Origin: Candidatus Pelagibacter ubique HTCC1062
Lineage (GTDB): Bacteria; Pseudomonadota; Alphaproteobacteria; Pelagibacterales; Pelagibacteraceae
NCBI RefSeq assembly: GCF_000012345.1
Contig: NC_007205.1
Span: 750,001-782,000 of the forward strand
Reading direction: 5' to 3'
Length of the DNA stretch: 32,000 nt
Below, piece after piece: positions 24,387 to 32,000 of this stretch. A program made the translations under genes and the position numbers. The first letter of the stretch is position 1; the number at the start of each line of letters is the position of its first letter. Below the pieces are notes generated by a model that had not been told where the DNA came from, did not search any database, and saw only the letters and a list, made by a program, of their open reading frames with translations.

Positions 24387-24992
24387 ATGGATTATTTAAT
24401 ATTAGGTTTTTTAACTGGGTTAAGTTTAATTCTTGCAATAGGTGCTCAAAATATATTTGTCATAGAACAAGGCTTAAAAAAACAATATATTTTTATTGTA
24501 TGTTTAATTTGTTCAATTTCAGACTTTTTATTAATTTTTTTAGGAATTTTTTTATTTCAGTATCTAAATCATTTTTTTACTCCAACTATTGAGTTAGTTT
24601 TTAATATTTTACTTTTAATATTTTTATTACATTTTATTTGGGGAAAAATTAAAACTAAAGTTTCAGAAACTTCATTTGATGTGGATAGTAAAACTAATAA
24701 TTTATCTAACATTGTAGTTAAAACTTTAGGTTTTACTTTTCTTAATCCACATGTTTATTCAGACACTGTGTTTTTCCTTGGAAACTTCTCTAAAAGCCTT
24801 AGTCAAGTGGATAAGTATTACTTTGGTGCTGGGGCAGCCATTTCTTCATTCCTATTTTTTTTTATAATAGGATATCTTTCAAAATATTTTTCTAAATATC
24901 TTAAAAGTGCAACAGTGTGGAAAAGAATAAATTATTTGATTATTCTTTTTATGTCTATTTTGGCTTTAACAGTGCTAATGGAAATTATATAA
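24387..24992 (+). CDS. LysE/ArgO-family amino-acid exporter
   Basis: 201 aa with six hydrophobic segments. The N-terminal GFLTGLSLILAIGAQNIFVIEQG matches the LysE/ArgO signature. Confidence 0.8.
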   Translation: MDYLILGFLTGLSLILAIGAQNIFVIEQGLKKQYIFIVCLICSISDFLLIFLGIFLFQYLNHFFTPTIELVFNILLLIFLLHFIWGKIKTKVSETSFDVDSKTNNLSNIVVKTLGFTFLNPHVYSDTVFFLGNFSKSLSQVDKYYFGAGAAISSFLFFFIIGYLSKYFSKYLKSATVWKRINYLIILFMSILALTVLMEII

Positions 24993-24993
24993 T

Positions 24994-26280
24994 TTAACTA
25001 GAATAACCGTACTTTTTAAGCCTAACGTCGCCTGTTCTTGCATGTGCTTCCATTCCTTCATATCTAGAAATTCTTGCAGCTGCTGCACCAACTAATTCAG
25101 TAGATTCTTTTGTCATTCTTTGAAAACTTAAAGTTTTAACAAACTTACCAACGAATAATCCACCCGTATATCTTCCCGCACCTTTAGTTGGTAGTATATG
25201 ATTAGTTCCTGAACATTTATCTCCATAAGCAACAGTTGTTTCTTCTCCAATAAATAAAGAACCATAGTTTGTAAGTCTTTTGTGAAACCACTCTAAATTT
25301 TCTGTCTGAACTTCTAAGTGTTCTGGAGCATACTCATCACTAATAGTTGCCATTTCTTCATCAGTATCACAAAGGATAACTTCACCATAATCTCTCCAAG
25401 CAGCATCAGCGTTTGTTCTTGGAACTTCTGGTAGTTCAGCAATTAATTCTGGAACTCTTTTCATTACTTTTTCAGCAAGCTCTTTACTTGTTGTGTATAA
25501 CCAACAAGGTGAATTATAACCATGCTCTGCTTGACCCACTAAATCTACAGCAACTATCTCAGGGTCAGCTTTAGCGTCAGCAATAATTCCAATCTCAGTA
25601 GGACCGGCAAACAAATCAATACCCACTTTTCCAAATAAAATTCTTTTAGCTTCAGCAACAAATTGATTTCCAGGACCAACGATAATGTCTGCAGGAGGGT
25701 TATTAAATAAGCCATTAGTCATTGCTGCAATTGCAGGAACACCACCTAAATTTAAAATTACATCAGCACCACAAAGATCTGCGGTATAAATAATTGTTGG
25801 ATGTGCACCCACTCCTTCTTTTGGAGGACTACAGGCAATAACGTTTTTTACACCAGCAACCTTTGCTGTTGTTACACTCATAACAGCTGATGCAATGTGT
25901 GCATAACGACCTCCTGGTACATAACATCCAGCAGTATTAACAGGTATTAATTTTTGACCAGCAAAAAGTCCATCTGAAAGCTCTACTTCAAAATCTTGAC
26001 CATAATTTTTTAATTGAGCTTCAGCAAATTTTCTAACTCTTTCATATGAAAATTGAACATCATCTTTTGTTTTTTGATCTAATGTTTTTTTAATTTCTTC
26101 AATTCTTTCTTTAGAAACGATGATTTCTCCATCGTACTTATCAAATTTTTTTGTAAGATCGATACAACCTTGTTCTTTTGTAGTTTCGATATTTTTTAAT
26201 AAATCCTGAACAATTCCAGTTGTTTTAGTATCGTCTGTTGACGATGTTTTTGGTGATTTTTTTAAGTACGTTATAGCCAT
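24994..26280 (-). CDS. Histidinol dehydrogenase-family NAD-dependent dehydrogenase (HisD paralog; HpsN-like candidate)
   Basis: 428 aa. Motifs: VPGG, CSPP, GPGNQFVAEAK, GPTE, QAEHG, APEHLE and GDK.SGTNHILPT. It sits outside any his operon context in this window. Confidence 0.85.
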   Translation of the reverse strand: MAITYLKKSPKTSSTDDTKTTGIVQDLLKNIETTKEQGCIDLTKKFDKYDGEIIVSKERIEEIKKTLDQKTKDDVQFSYERVRKFAEAQLKNYGQDFEVELSDGLFAGQKLIPVNTAGCYVPGGRYAHIASAVMSVTTAKVAGVKNVIACSPPKEGVGAHPTIIYTADLCGADVILNLGGVPAIAAMTNGLFNNPPADIIVGPGNQFVAEAKRILFGKVGIDLFAGPTEIGIIADAKADPEIVAVDLVGQAEHGYNSPCWLYTTSKELAEKVMKRVPELIAELPEVPRTNADAAWRDYGEVILCDTDEEMATISDEYAPEHLEVQTENLEWFHKRLTNYGSLFIGEETTVAYGDKCSGTNHILPTKGAGRYTGGLFVGKFVKTLSFQRMTKESTELVGAAAARISRYEGMEAHARTGDVRLKKYGYSS

Positions 26281-26342
26281 TGTTTCCCTCTCTAATTTTG
26301 AAGCTTTATTTAAAACATTAATGTAATTATTTCAATGAAGAA

Positions 26343-27254
26343 TTAGTCTAAAGCAACAACAGCTGCAGCAATAGAGGCTAATCTAGCTTGTGCTTCATCA
26401 GATCTACTAGTAATTACTATTGGAACTTTACCACCCACTACCACACCAGCTGCACAAGCTCCCATAAAATAAATCATCATTTTAACCAAACTATTTCCAG
26501 TTTCAACACTTGGAACTAGCAATACATCTGCATCACCAGCTACAATATTTTTAACACCTTTTATAGCAGCAGATTTTTTTGAAATACTATTATCAAATGC
26601 CAAGGGACCAAAAACATCAGCATTTAAATTTTCTTCTTTTGCTAGTTTTGTAATTTCATCTGCATCGATAGAGCTTGGTACGCTATCTAAAATTTCTTCT
26701 GTTGCTGATAGAACTGCAATTTTGGGCCTTTCAATTCCTATACGGTTTGAAAAATCAATTACATTTCTTAAAATATGCATTTTTGTTTTTACGTTGGGTA
26801 AAACATTTAAAGCACCATCAGTAATTATAAGTGGCTTGTCATCTTTAGTATTTGTCATATGCCATATGTGACTAAGTCTAGTTTTACCAAGTAAATTGTA
26901 ATCTCTTTTTAAAATTTCTTTCATTAAGACATCTGTATGAATATGACCCTTAACAATAATTTTTACTTTATCTTGGCTAGCAAGTTTTGCAGCAATAGCA
27001 GCAGTATTATTTTCAATAGGTTCATCAATGATTTCAAATTTTGAAATATCCCATTTTAAATCTTCAGCACATTTAAGAATTTCTTTTTTATTCCCTATAA
27101 AGATAGGTGTTATTAAATTTTCATTAACAGCATCTTGAACTGAAAGCATTGGTAAAGGCAACCCTGCATTTACGATTGCAGCATTAACACCTTTTTTCTT
27201 ATGCGCATGATCCAGAAGGTTATTAGGACAAACAATTTCTTTATTTGAAAGCAT
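26343..27254 (-). CDS. Phosphate acetyl/butyryl-transferase family protein
   Basis: 303 aa. PTA_PTB pattern: PIFIGNKKEI, ITDGALNVLPN, IERPKIAVLSATEE and ADVLLVPSVETGNSLVKMM. Confidence 0.8.
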   Translation of the reverse strand: MLSNKEIVCPNNLLDHAHKKKGVNAAIVNAGLPLPMLSVQDAVNENLITPIFIGNKKEILKCAEDLKWDISKFEIIDEPIENNTAAIAAKLASQDKVKIIVKGHIHTDVLMKEILKRDYNLLGKTRLSHIWHMTNTKDDKPLIITDGALNVLPNVKTKMHILRNVIDFSNRIGIERPKIAVLSATEEILDSVPSSIDADEITKLAKEENLNADVFGPLAFDNSISKKSAAIKGVKNIVAGDADVLLVPSVETGNSLVKMMIYFMGACAAGVVVGGKVPIVITSRSDEAQARLASIAAAVVALD

Positions 27255-27303
27255 GAGGTATATTTAGTCTGAATTTTTAAAAAGTATATACTGTAAATTG
27301 ATA

Positions 27304-28446
27304 ATGATTAAGCCTTTTAAATTAGATATTCCCGATAAAGTACTTCAAGAAATATACACTAAAGTAAAAAATTATCCATGGCATGAAATGCCAGATGATG
27401 GTGGCTGGAAATATGGAAGTAATCTTGATTATATGAAAGAGATCTCAAATTATTGGATTAAAGATTTTGATTGGAGAAAACATGAGGCAGAAATAAATCA
27501 ATTTCCAAATTTCACAACTATTGTAGATGATATCGAAATACATTTTATTCATGAAAAGGGAAGTGGGTCCAACCCAACACCTTTACTTCTTATGCATGGA
27601 TGGCCTGGATCAGTAATTGAGTTTTTACATATTATAAAAAGACTTGCACACCCTGAAAAATTTGGTGGAAATATTGAAGATGCTTTTGATGTAGTGGTCC
27701 CATCATTACCTGGCTTTGGTTTTTCTGGGAGACCTTCAAGACCCATGGGACCAAGAAAAATAGCCAATACTTTAAATAAACTGATGACAAAAAACCTTGG
27801 TTATAAAAACTATTTAGCACAAGGAGGTGATTGGGGAGCAACTATTGCAAACTGGATTGGTTATGATTATTCAAAATCATGTAAGGCAATTCACATTAAT
27901 TGTTTAACAATGCGCCACCCTGATGGTCCACAAACAAAACAAGAGAAAGAATGGCAACAAAGATTTAATCAAGATCAAATAATGCAAGATGGATATAGAA
28001 CTCAACAAGCAACTAAACCTCAAACTTTAAGTTATGGAATGATGGACAGTCCTGTTGGAATTGCAGCATGGATTATTGAAAAAATGTACTCATGGTCTGA
28101 TTTAAAAGACAACAATATTGAAAGTGTTTATTCAAAAGATACACTCTTAGCTAATATTATGGTTTATGTAGTTACAAAAACTTTTAACACAGCTACTTGG
28201 ATTTATTACGGAAGAAGAGAAGAGGGTGGACGTTTTTTTCCTAAAGATTTTAAAAAAATAGAAATTCCAACAGCTGCAGCAATTTTTCCAGCAGAAATGT
28301 CTGAGTGGCCACCAAAATCTTATGCAGATAGAATGTTTAATATTACTCAATGGACAGAGATGCCGAGGGGTGGACATTTTGCAGCGCTTGAAGAACCTGA
28401 TCTTCTTGTTAATGATCTCGTAAAGTTTTCAAGATCTGTACGATAG
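27304..28446 (+). CDS. Epoxide hydrolase (alpha/beta hydrolase with N-terminal EHN domain)
   Basis: The N-terminal IKPFKLDIPD..L..I...V...PW is typical of microsomal-type EH. Other elements are the HGWPGS oxyanion motif, the GGDWG nucleophile elbow and the C-terminal GGHFAALEEP. ATG at 27304; the track TTG at 27298 is an alternative. Confidence 0.85.
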   Translation: MIKPFKLDIPDKVLQEIYTKVKNYPWHEMPDDGGWKYGSNLDYMKEISNYWIKDFDWRKHEAEINQFPNFTTIVDDIEIHFIHEKGSGSNPTPLLLMHGWPGSVIEFLHIIKRLAHPEKFGGNIEDAFDVVVPSLPGFGFSGRPSRPMGPRKIANTLNKLMTKNLGYKNYLAQGGDWGATIANWIGYDYSKSCKAIHINCLTMRHPDGPQTKQEKEWQQRFNQDQIMQDGYRTQQATKPQTLSYGMMDSPVGIAAWIIEKMYSWSDLKDNNIESVYSKDTLLANIMVYVVTKTFNTATWIYYGRREEGGRFFPKDFKKIEIPTAAAIFPAEMSEWPPKSYADRMFNITQWTEMPRGGHFAALEEPDLLVNDLVKFSRSVR

Positions 28447-29457
28447 TTAGATACTTTGTAAATATTCCAAGTCTTTTAAAACAGCTTTTGAAATATTAAT
28501 TTCTTTTTTAAGATTACTTTTAAACCTATTAAACTTACTTTGTCCTGGGTAAAGAATTTCTTTAACACCTTTTATCTTAGGTAGTTTTTTTATAGTTTTG
28601 ATATTGTCTTTTATTCTTTTATTGAAAGAATTTCCGACAAATAAATTAGGCTTTAAAACAAAAAATAGGTGACCAATATTTTGTGGACCACTAAAATCAG
28701 TAAATGGATCTTTAACTCTACCTGCATGATTACCACCTGTTAATACACCACTTAAAATATCAACCATCCAAGCTAATCCAGAACCCCTAAAACCAGCAAT
28801 TGGTAATTGAACACCCTCTAATGCTTTTTTAGGATCCGTTGTTGGTTTACCAAATTTATCTAAGGCAACTCCCTCAGGAATTTTAGTTCCTTCTCTTGCT
28901 GCAACTCTAATTTTTCCTCTATTAATCATTGAGATTGAAGTATCTAAAATAAAAGGAACCTTTGATCCAGTAGGTGTTCCAAAACAAATAGGGTTTGTTC
29001 CAAATAAACTTTTTAAAGCTCCATGAGGTGCAACTGCTGGAGGTGCATTAGTGAATACCATTACCATTAAACCTTTTTTAACTGCTTGCTCTGCGTAATA
29101 ACCAGATAAACCATAATGACCACTATTCTTAACTGCAACTAAGCCAATTCCAGTTTTCTTAGCATTGCTTATAGCAGTTTTAATAGCGGTATCTGCTGCA
29201 ACAAAGCCAATACTATTGTTACCATCAACATGGGCAATGGATTGAGAAATTTTTTTAACTTTAATTTTAGCTTTTGGATTAATAACTTTTTTAGAAATAC
29301 GATCACAGTACATCTTAAGTCTAGATAAACCATGTGATGGAGCACCAACTAATTCTGCATTGATTAAGGCTTCAGCACAAATAGTGGCATGATCTTTGTT
29401 TAATTTATACTTAATAAAGATATCTTTAATAATTCTTTTTAATTTCGAAGATTTCAT
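28447..29457 (-). CDS. Ldh_2-family (malate/L-lactate/L-sulfolactate-type) 2-hydroxyacid dehydrogenase
   Basis: 336 aa. Motifs: GAPSHGLSRLKMY, NSGHYGLSGYY and NPI.FG.P. Its stop abuts the convergent epoxide hydrolase stop with 0 nt between them. Confidence 0.85.
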   Translation of the reverse strand: MKSSKLKRIIKDIFIKYKLNKDHATICAEALINAELVGAPSHGLSRLKMYCDRISKKVINPKAKIKVKKISQSIAHVDGNNSIGFVAADTAIKTAISNAKKTGIGLVAVKNSGHYGLSGYYAEQAVKKGLMVMVFTNAPPAVAPHGALKSLFGTNPICFGTPTGSKVPFILDTSISMINRGKIRVAAREGTKIPEGVALDKFGKPTTDPKKALEGVQLPIAGFRGSGLAWMVDILSGVLTGGNHAGRVKDPFTDFSGPQNIGHLFFVLKPNLFVGNSFNKRIKDNIKTIKKLPKIKGVKEILYPGQSKFNRFKSNLKKEINISKAVLKDLEYLQSI

Positions 29458-29475
29458 AGTTTAATAAAAGTTTGA

Positions 29476-31389
29476 TTAACCTTTACCATGCCATGGAATT
29501 GTTTTGTCAATTATTTTTCTTAAAGCAACATCAAATAATAAACCTAACATACCCATTACAAAAATAGTTATCCAAATAACTTCATATTGGAAGTATTTTT
29601 TAGCAACGTTTTCAACAAATCCAATACCTGTAGTACCGGCTAAAAATTCAGCTGCAACCAAAGTTCCCCAACACATTCCAACAGCAACTCTAACCCCTGT
29701 TAAAATTTCTGGTAATGAGTTTGGAAATATTACATGTCTTAATATTTGCCATTTAGATGCACCAAGTGAGTGTGAAGCATGAATTTTAGACAACTGCGTA
29801 CCAGCAGCTCCTGCTCTAGCAGAGATGATCATAATTGAAAATGAAACCATAAATAATAAGAAAACTTTCCCAACATTATCAATTCCAAATACAGTAATAA
29901 CTAGAGGAGCCCAAGCTAATGGGGGTACCGGTCTATATAGTTCAATTAATGGATCAAAAAATCCTTTAGCAAATCTGTTTAAACCCATAAATAATCCTAG
30001 TGGTACACCAAAAATAATTCCAAGTACTAAACCTAGGAGAACTCTTAAAAAAGAATCCCAGATATGACCCATCGGAACTGGTATCTTAAATAATTTAAAC
30101 TCACCTGTAACAACACTTAAGACTTTACTCTTAAAGTTTGGAGTAACAGTTCCATCAGCATTATGAATTGGATATGCCCCAGGCATAGCATCTGCAATCC
30201 AATCAGGTAATATAAAACCAACTATTTTACTTACATCCATCATTTCATACCAAATTAGAGGTACGTTTTTAAATCCAATACTGGGTTTAAGGAGTAGCAC
30301 AAATTTATTAAAGGTATCAGACGGTTTTGGTAACCATCTTCCAGATCCTTGTTCAGAACAATTTGGTCCACTTGAAACAATTGTACCAGCAGGAAATAAA
30401 AAAATATCAACTAGTCTTAAAACACCTTGTTCTTTCTTTTGAACTTCATCAAACTCTATTATTGATTTTTGCATATCATCAAGAGTATTAGGTGGGAAAA
30501 TACTTGCGTATTCGATTCTTCGAGCAATTTTTAAAACATCTTTTGCTAATGCAGAAGCTACTTCTTGGGTATTATCTAAACTAGATCGATAAGCTTTAAT
30601 CTCATCCTTAATCTCTTTCATTAACTGTTTATATTTATAGTTATGATTTCTTATTTTGAAAAAGTCATTACTAATAAGAGTTAATTCTTTTGCAGCTGCA
30701 TCAAATTTTAAACCCATTTTTGTTTCAGGAATAGTTGGTATTTCAACTGTATTTTCTACAGCGGTTGCAGAGGCTCCCCATTTCCCTTGTTTTTTTAAAG
30801 CTTCAATTCTTGCGTTCTCTTCTTCAATACTTTTAATTGGTGGATAGCTTATTTTTTGAAAATCTTCTGTTAACCAAGTAATTCTATTTGTTAAATCTCG
30901 AATTTGACTTTTTGTTTCTTCTTCTAAAAGGTCAATATTGGTTAACAATGGAATTGATTGTTGAGTTTTTGCAATAAATTTTAAAAGAGTAGTTTTGTCT
31001 TGCTCTCTTATATTGGGTGAATTTTTAATTTCATTAGCTAGTTTTTGTATATTTTTGTTTTCACCTTTGATTATTGAAGTACTCTTAAATTCACGTTCTT
31101 CAATTGGAAATAAATATTTTAACGAAAGTAAAGAGTCGTTTACTTTTGCAACCTGACAAAGTTCATTTGCAGACTGGGGATAAAATGATTTCGCCATATC
31201 CCAAGAATAGTAAAGCCAAGTTAATAGTAAAAAACTACTACCAACAATAACCCAATGAACTCCACCTTTAGCTCTTTCAGGATTACCAAATACAGCATCT
31301 AATTTTTCAGTTTTTGCTAATTTTCTTCCATACAAAATAGATCCAATAACTGCAAAAATTACTACGAATGTTATAATACCTGTTAGCAT
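29476..31389 (-). CDS. NitT/TauT-type ABC transporter permease with ~430-aa N-terminal extension
   Basis: The C-terminal 200 aa or so form a TauC/SsuC-like permease with the EAA loop HSLGASKWQILRHVIFPNSLPEILTGVRV. The N-terminal part has two hydrophobic segments followed by a long polar region with heptad-like stretches. Confidence 0.85.
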   Translation of the reverse strand: MLTGIITFVVIFAVIGSILYGRKLAKTEKLDAVFGNPERAKGGVHWVIVGSSFLLLTWLYYSWDMAKSFYPQSANELCQVAKVNDSLLSLKYLFPIEEREFKSTSIIKGENKNIQKLANEIKNSPNIREQDKTTLLKFIAKTQQSIPLLTNIDLLEEETKSQIRDLTNRITWLTEDFQKISYPPIKSIEEENARIEALKKQGKWGASATAVENTVEIPTIPETKMGLKFDAAAKELTLISNDFFKIRNHNYKYKQLMKEIKDEIKAYRSSLDNTQEVASALAKDVLKIARRIEYASIFPPNTLDDMQKSIIEFDEVQKKEQGVLRLVDIFLFPAGTIVSSGPNCSEQGSGRWLPKPSDTFNKFVLLLKPSIGFKNVPLIWYEMMDVSKIVGFILPDWIADAMPGAYPIHNADGTVTPNFKSKVLSVVTGEFKLFKIPVPMGHIWDSFLRVLLGLVLGIIFGVPLGLFMGLNRFAKGFFDPLIELYRPVPPLAWAPLVITVFGIDNVGKVFLLFMVSFSIMIISARAGAAGTQLSKIHASHSLGASKWQILRHVIFPNSLPEILTGVRVAVGMCWGTLVAAEFLAGTTGIGFVENVAKKYFQYEVIWITIFVMGMLGLLFDVALRKIIDKTIPWHGKG

Positions 31390-31390
31390 A

Positions 31391-32000
31391 CTAAATATCT
31401 TTACCCATAATTTCTTCTTCCATATTCCAAATCATAGTTAGAATTTCTTCTCTAGTGCTTACAAAGTTAGGTGTTTTTTTTATCTCTCTTAAATCACCAT
31501 CAATACCCATTGATGCAAAAGGAAGATTATATTCTTTATGGATACGACCTGGTCTTGGTGCCATTACATACAATCTTTCACCTAGTAGTAAAGCTTCTTC
31601 AACTGAGTGGGTGATTAAAATAATTGTTTTTCCTGTTTCTTTCCAAATTTTTAAAACTAAAGACTGCATCTTCTCTCTTGTTAATGCATCTAATGCACCT
31701 AATGGTTCATCCATTAAAATTAGATCAGGGTCATTAATCAAGCATCTAGCAAGAGCAACCCTTTGCTGCATACCTCCAGATAATTGATAAGTAGGCGTGT
31801 TACCAAAACCTTGTAGACCTACTATATTTAACCACTCTTCAACTTTTTTTGCAGTTTTAACTGGGTCTTCTTTTTTCATTCTCAAACCAAAATCAACATT
31901 CTCTGCAACAGTTAGCCATTCAAATAAAGCACCTTGTTGAAAAACCATTCCTCGTTCAACACCAGGACCATCTATTTCATTACCATTAAGAGCAATAGCG
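31391..32000 (-). CDS. NitT/TauT-type ABC transporter ATP-binding protein, N-terminus outside the window
   Basis: The reading frame stays open upstream of the track Met to the window edge (..AIALNGNEIDGPGVERGMVFQQ). Motifs: signature LSGGMQQRVALARCL, Walker B LILMDEPLGALD and ITHSVEEA. Walker A must lie beyond 32000. Confidence 0.9.
   Translation of the reverse strand, partial: AIALNGNEIDGPGVERGMVFQQGALFEWLTVAENVDFGLRMKKEDPVKTAKKVEEWLNIVGLQGFGNTPTYQLSGGMQQRVALARCLINDPDLILMDEPLGALDALTREKMQSLVLKIWKETGKTIILITHSVEEALLLGERLYVMAPRPGRIHKEYNLPFASMGIDGDLREIKKTPNFVSTREEILTMIWNMEEEIMGKDI

Noticed and set aside
24994-26280. Calling this gene hisD (the biosynthetic histidinol dehydrogenase).
   Set aside because: The family assignment is secure, but no other his gene is adjacent and the neighbours are catabolic-type genes. 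The substrate-region motif also differs from the HisD sequence I recall. I therefore left the gene symbol empty. I cannot exclude true HisD without seeing the rest of the genome.
2254-31787. Short ORFs of 61-110 aa antisense to larger genes in the ORF track: 2254-2484, 3790-4026, 4277-4465, 7158-7472, 7809-8030, 9003-9224, 19354-19539, 19801-20010, 20748-20933, 21904-22161, 22985-23248, 23912-24217, 27549-27767, 27632-27841, 28147-28377, 29504-29782, 29825-30067, 30656-30847, 31455-31787.
   Set aside because: Each lies almost entirely inside, and antisense to, a longer ORF with clear family motifs. Their products are low-complexity Ser/Leu/Phe/Ile-rich strings with no recognisable motifs, as expected for shadow frames in AT-rich coding DNA.
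1-32000. Search for tRNA, rRNA, CRISPR arrays, IS elements, integrases, and terminal inverted or direct repeats flanking the 15.6-19.2 kb accessory-looking segment.
   Set aside because: I saw none by eye. There are no T-arm or anticodon-arm patterns in the spacers, no regularly spaced repeats, and no transposase, integrase or recombinase-like ORF. The only direct repeats are the 17-nt pair at 16517-16553. The accessory nature of the barrel cluster therefore rests only on composition and gene content.

Overview
This is a very AT-rich window; my spot counts of 60-nt lines mostly give 15-30% G+C. It is extremely gene-dense, with spacers of 0-20 nt and several TAATG stop/start overlaps. Convergent genes abut with 0-1 nt between them. 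I infer that this architecture and gene content fit a streamlined marine alphaproteobacterium of the SAR11/Pelagibacterales type. I support about 35 protein-coding genes and see no rRNA, tRNA, CRISPR array or recognisable mobile element.

Gene content from left to right:
- 1-6734: a sugar-acid catabolic cluster with an SDR, an IlvD/Edd dehydratase, a DHRS6-type SDR, an FAH hydrolase, an SMP-30 lactonase, a HIBADH-type reductase and a second FAH paralog.
- 6745-12677: ppc, ccdA, azoR, an IMPase-family gene, a DUF924 gene and a DUF952 gene.
- 12114-12332 and 12678-13012: two unusually long intergenic regions flanking the DUF952 gene. They contain hairpins, a GC-rich structured element and an orphan mini-ORF with a perfect RBS.
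- 13013-15537, minus strand: an operon of cysE, cysK, a small membrane ORF and a pair of SMR-like genes. Both SMR-like products lack the canonical Glu14.
- 15612-19159: a VOC gene, an HTH-like gene, then three genes for Sec-signal proteins. The first is a passenger-less inverse-autotransporter beta-barrel, the second a Thr/Ala/Gly-rich orphan and the third an HExxH orphan.
- 19202-24992: a PuuC-like aldehyde dehydrogenase, the proXVW glycine-betaine transporter and a LysE-family exporter.
- 24994-32000: a cluster with a HisD paralog, a Pta/Ptb-family enzyme, an epoxide hydrolase, an Ldh_2 dehydrogenase and a NitT/TauT-type ABC transporter. Its permease carries a roughly 430-aa N-terminal extension.

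The best candidate for an undescribed system is the three-gene module headed by the inverse-autotransporter barrel (16600-19159). The Glu14-less SMR pair coupled to cysEK and the RNA-like elements in the 12.1-13.0 kb intergenic regions come next.
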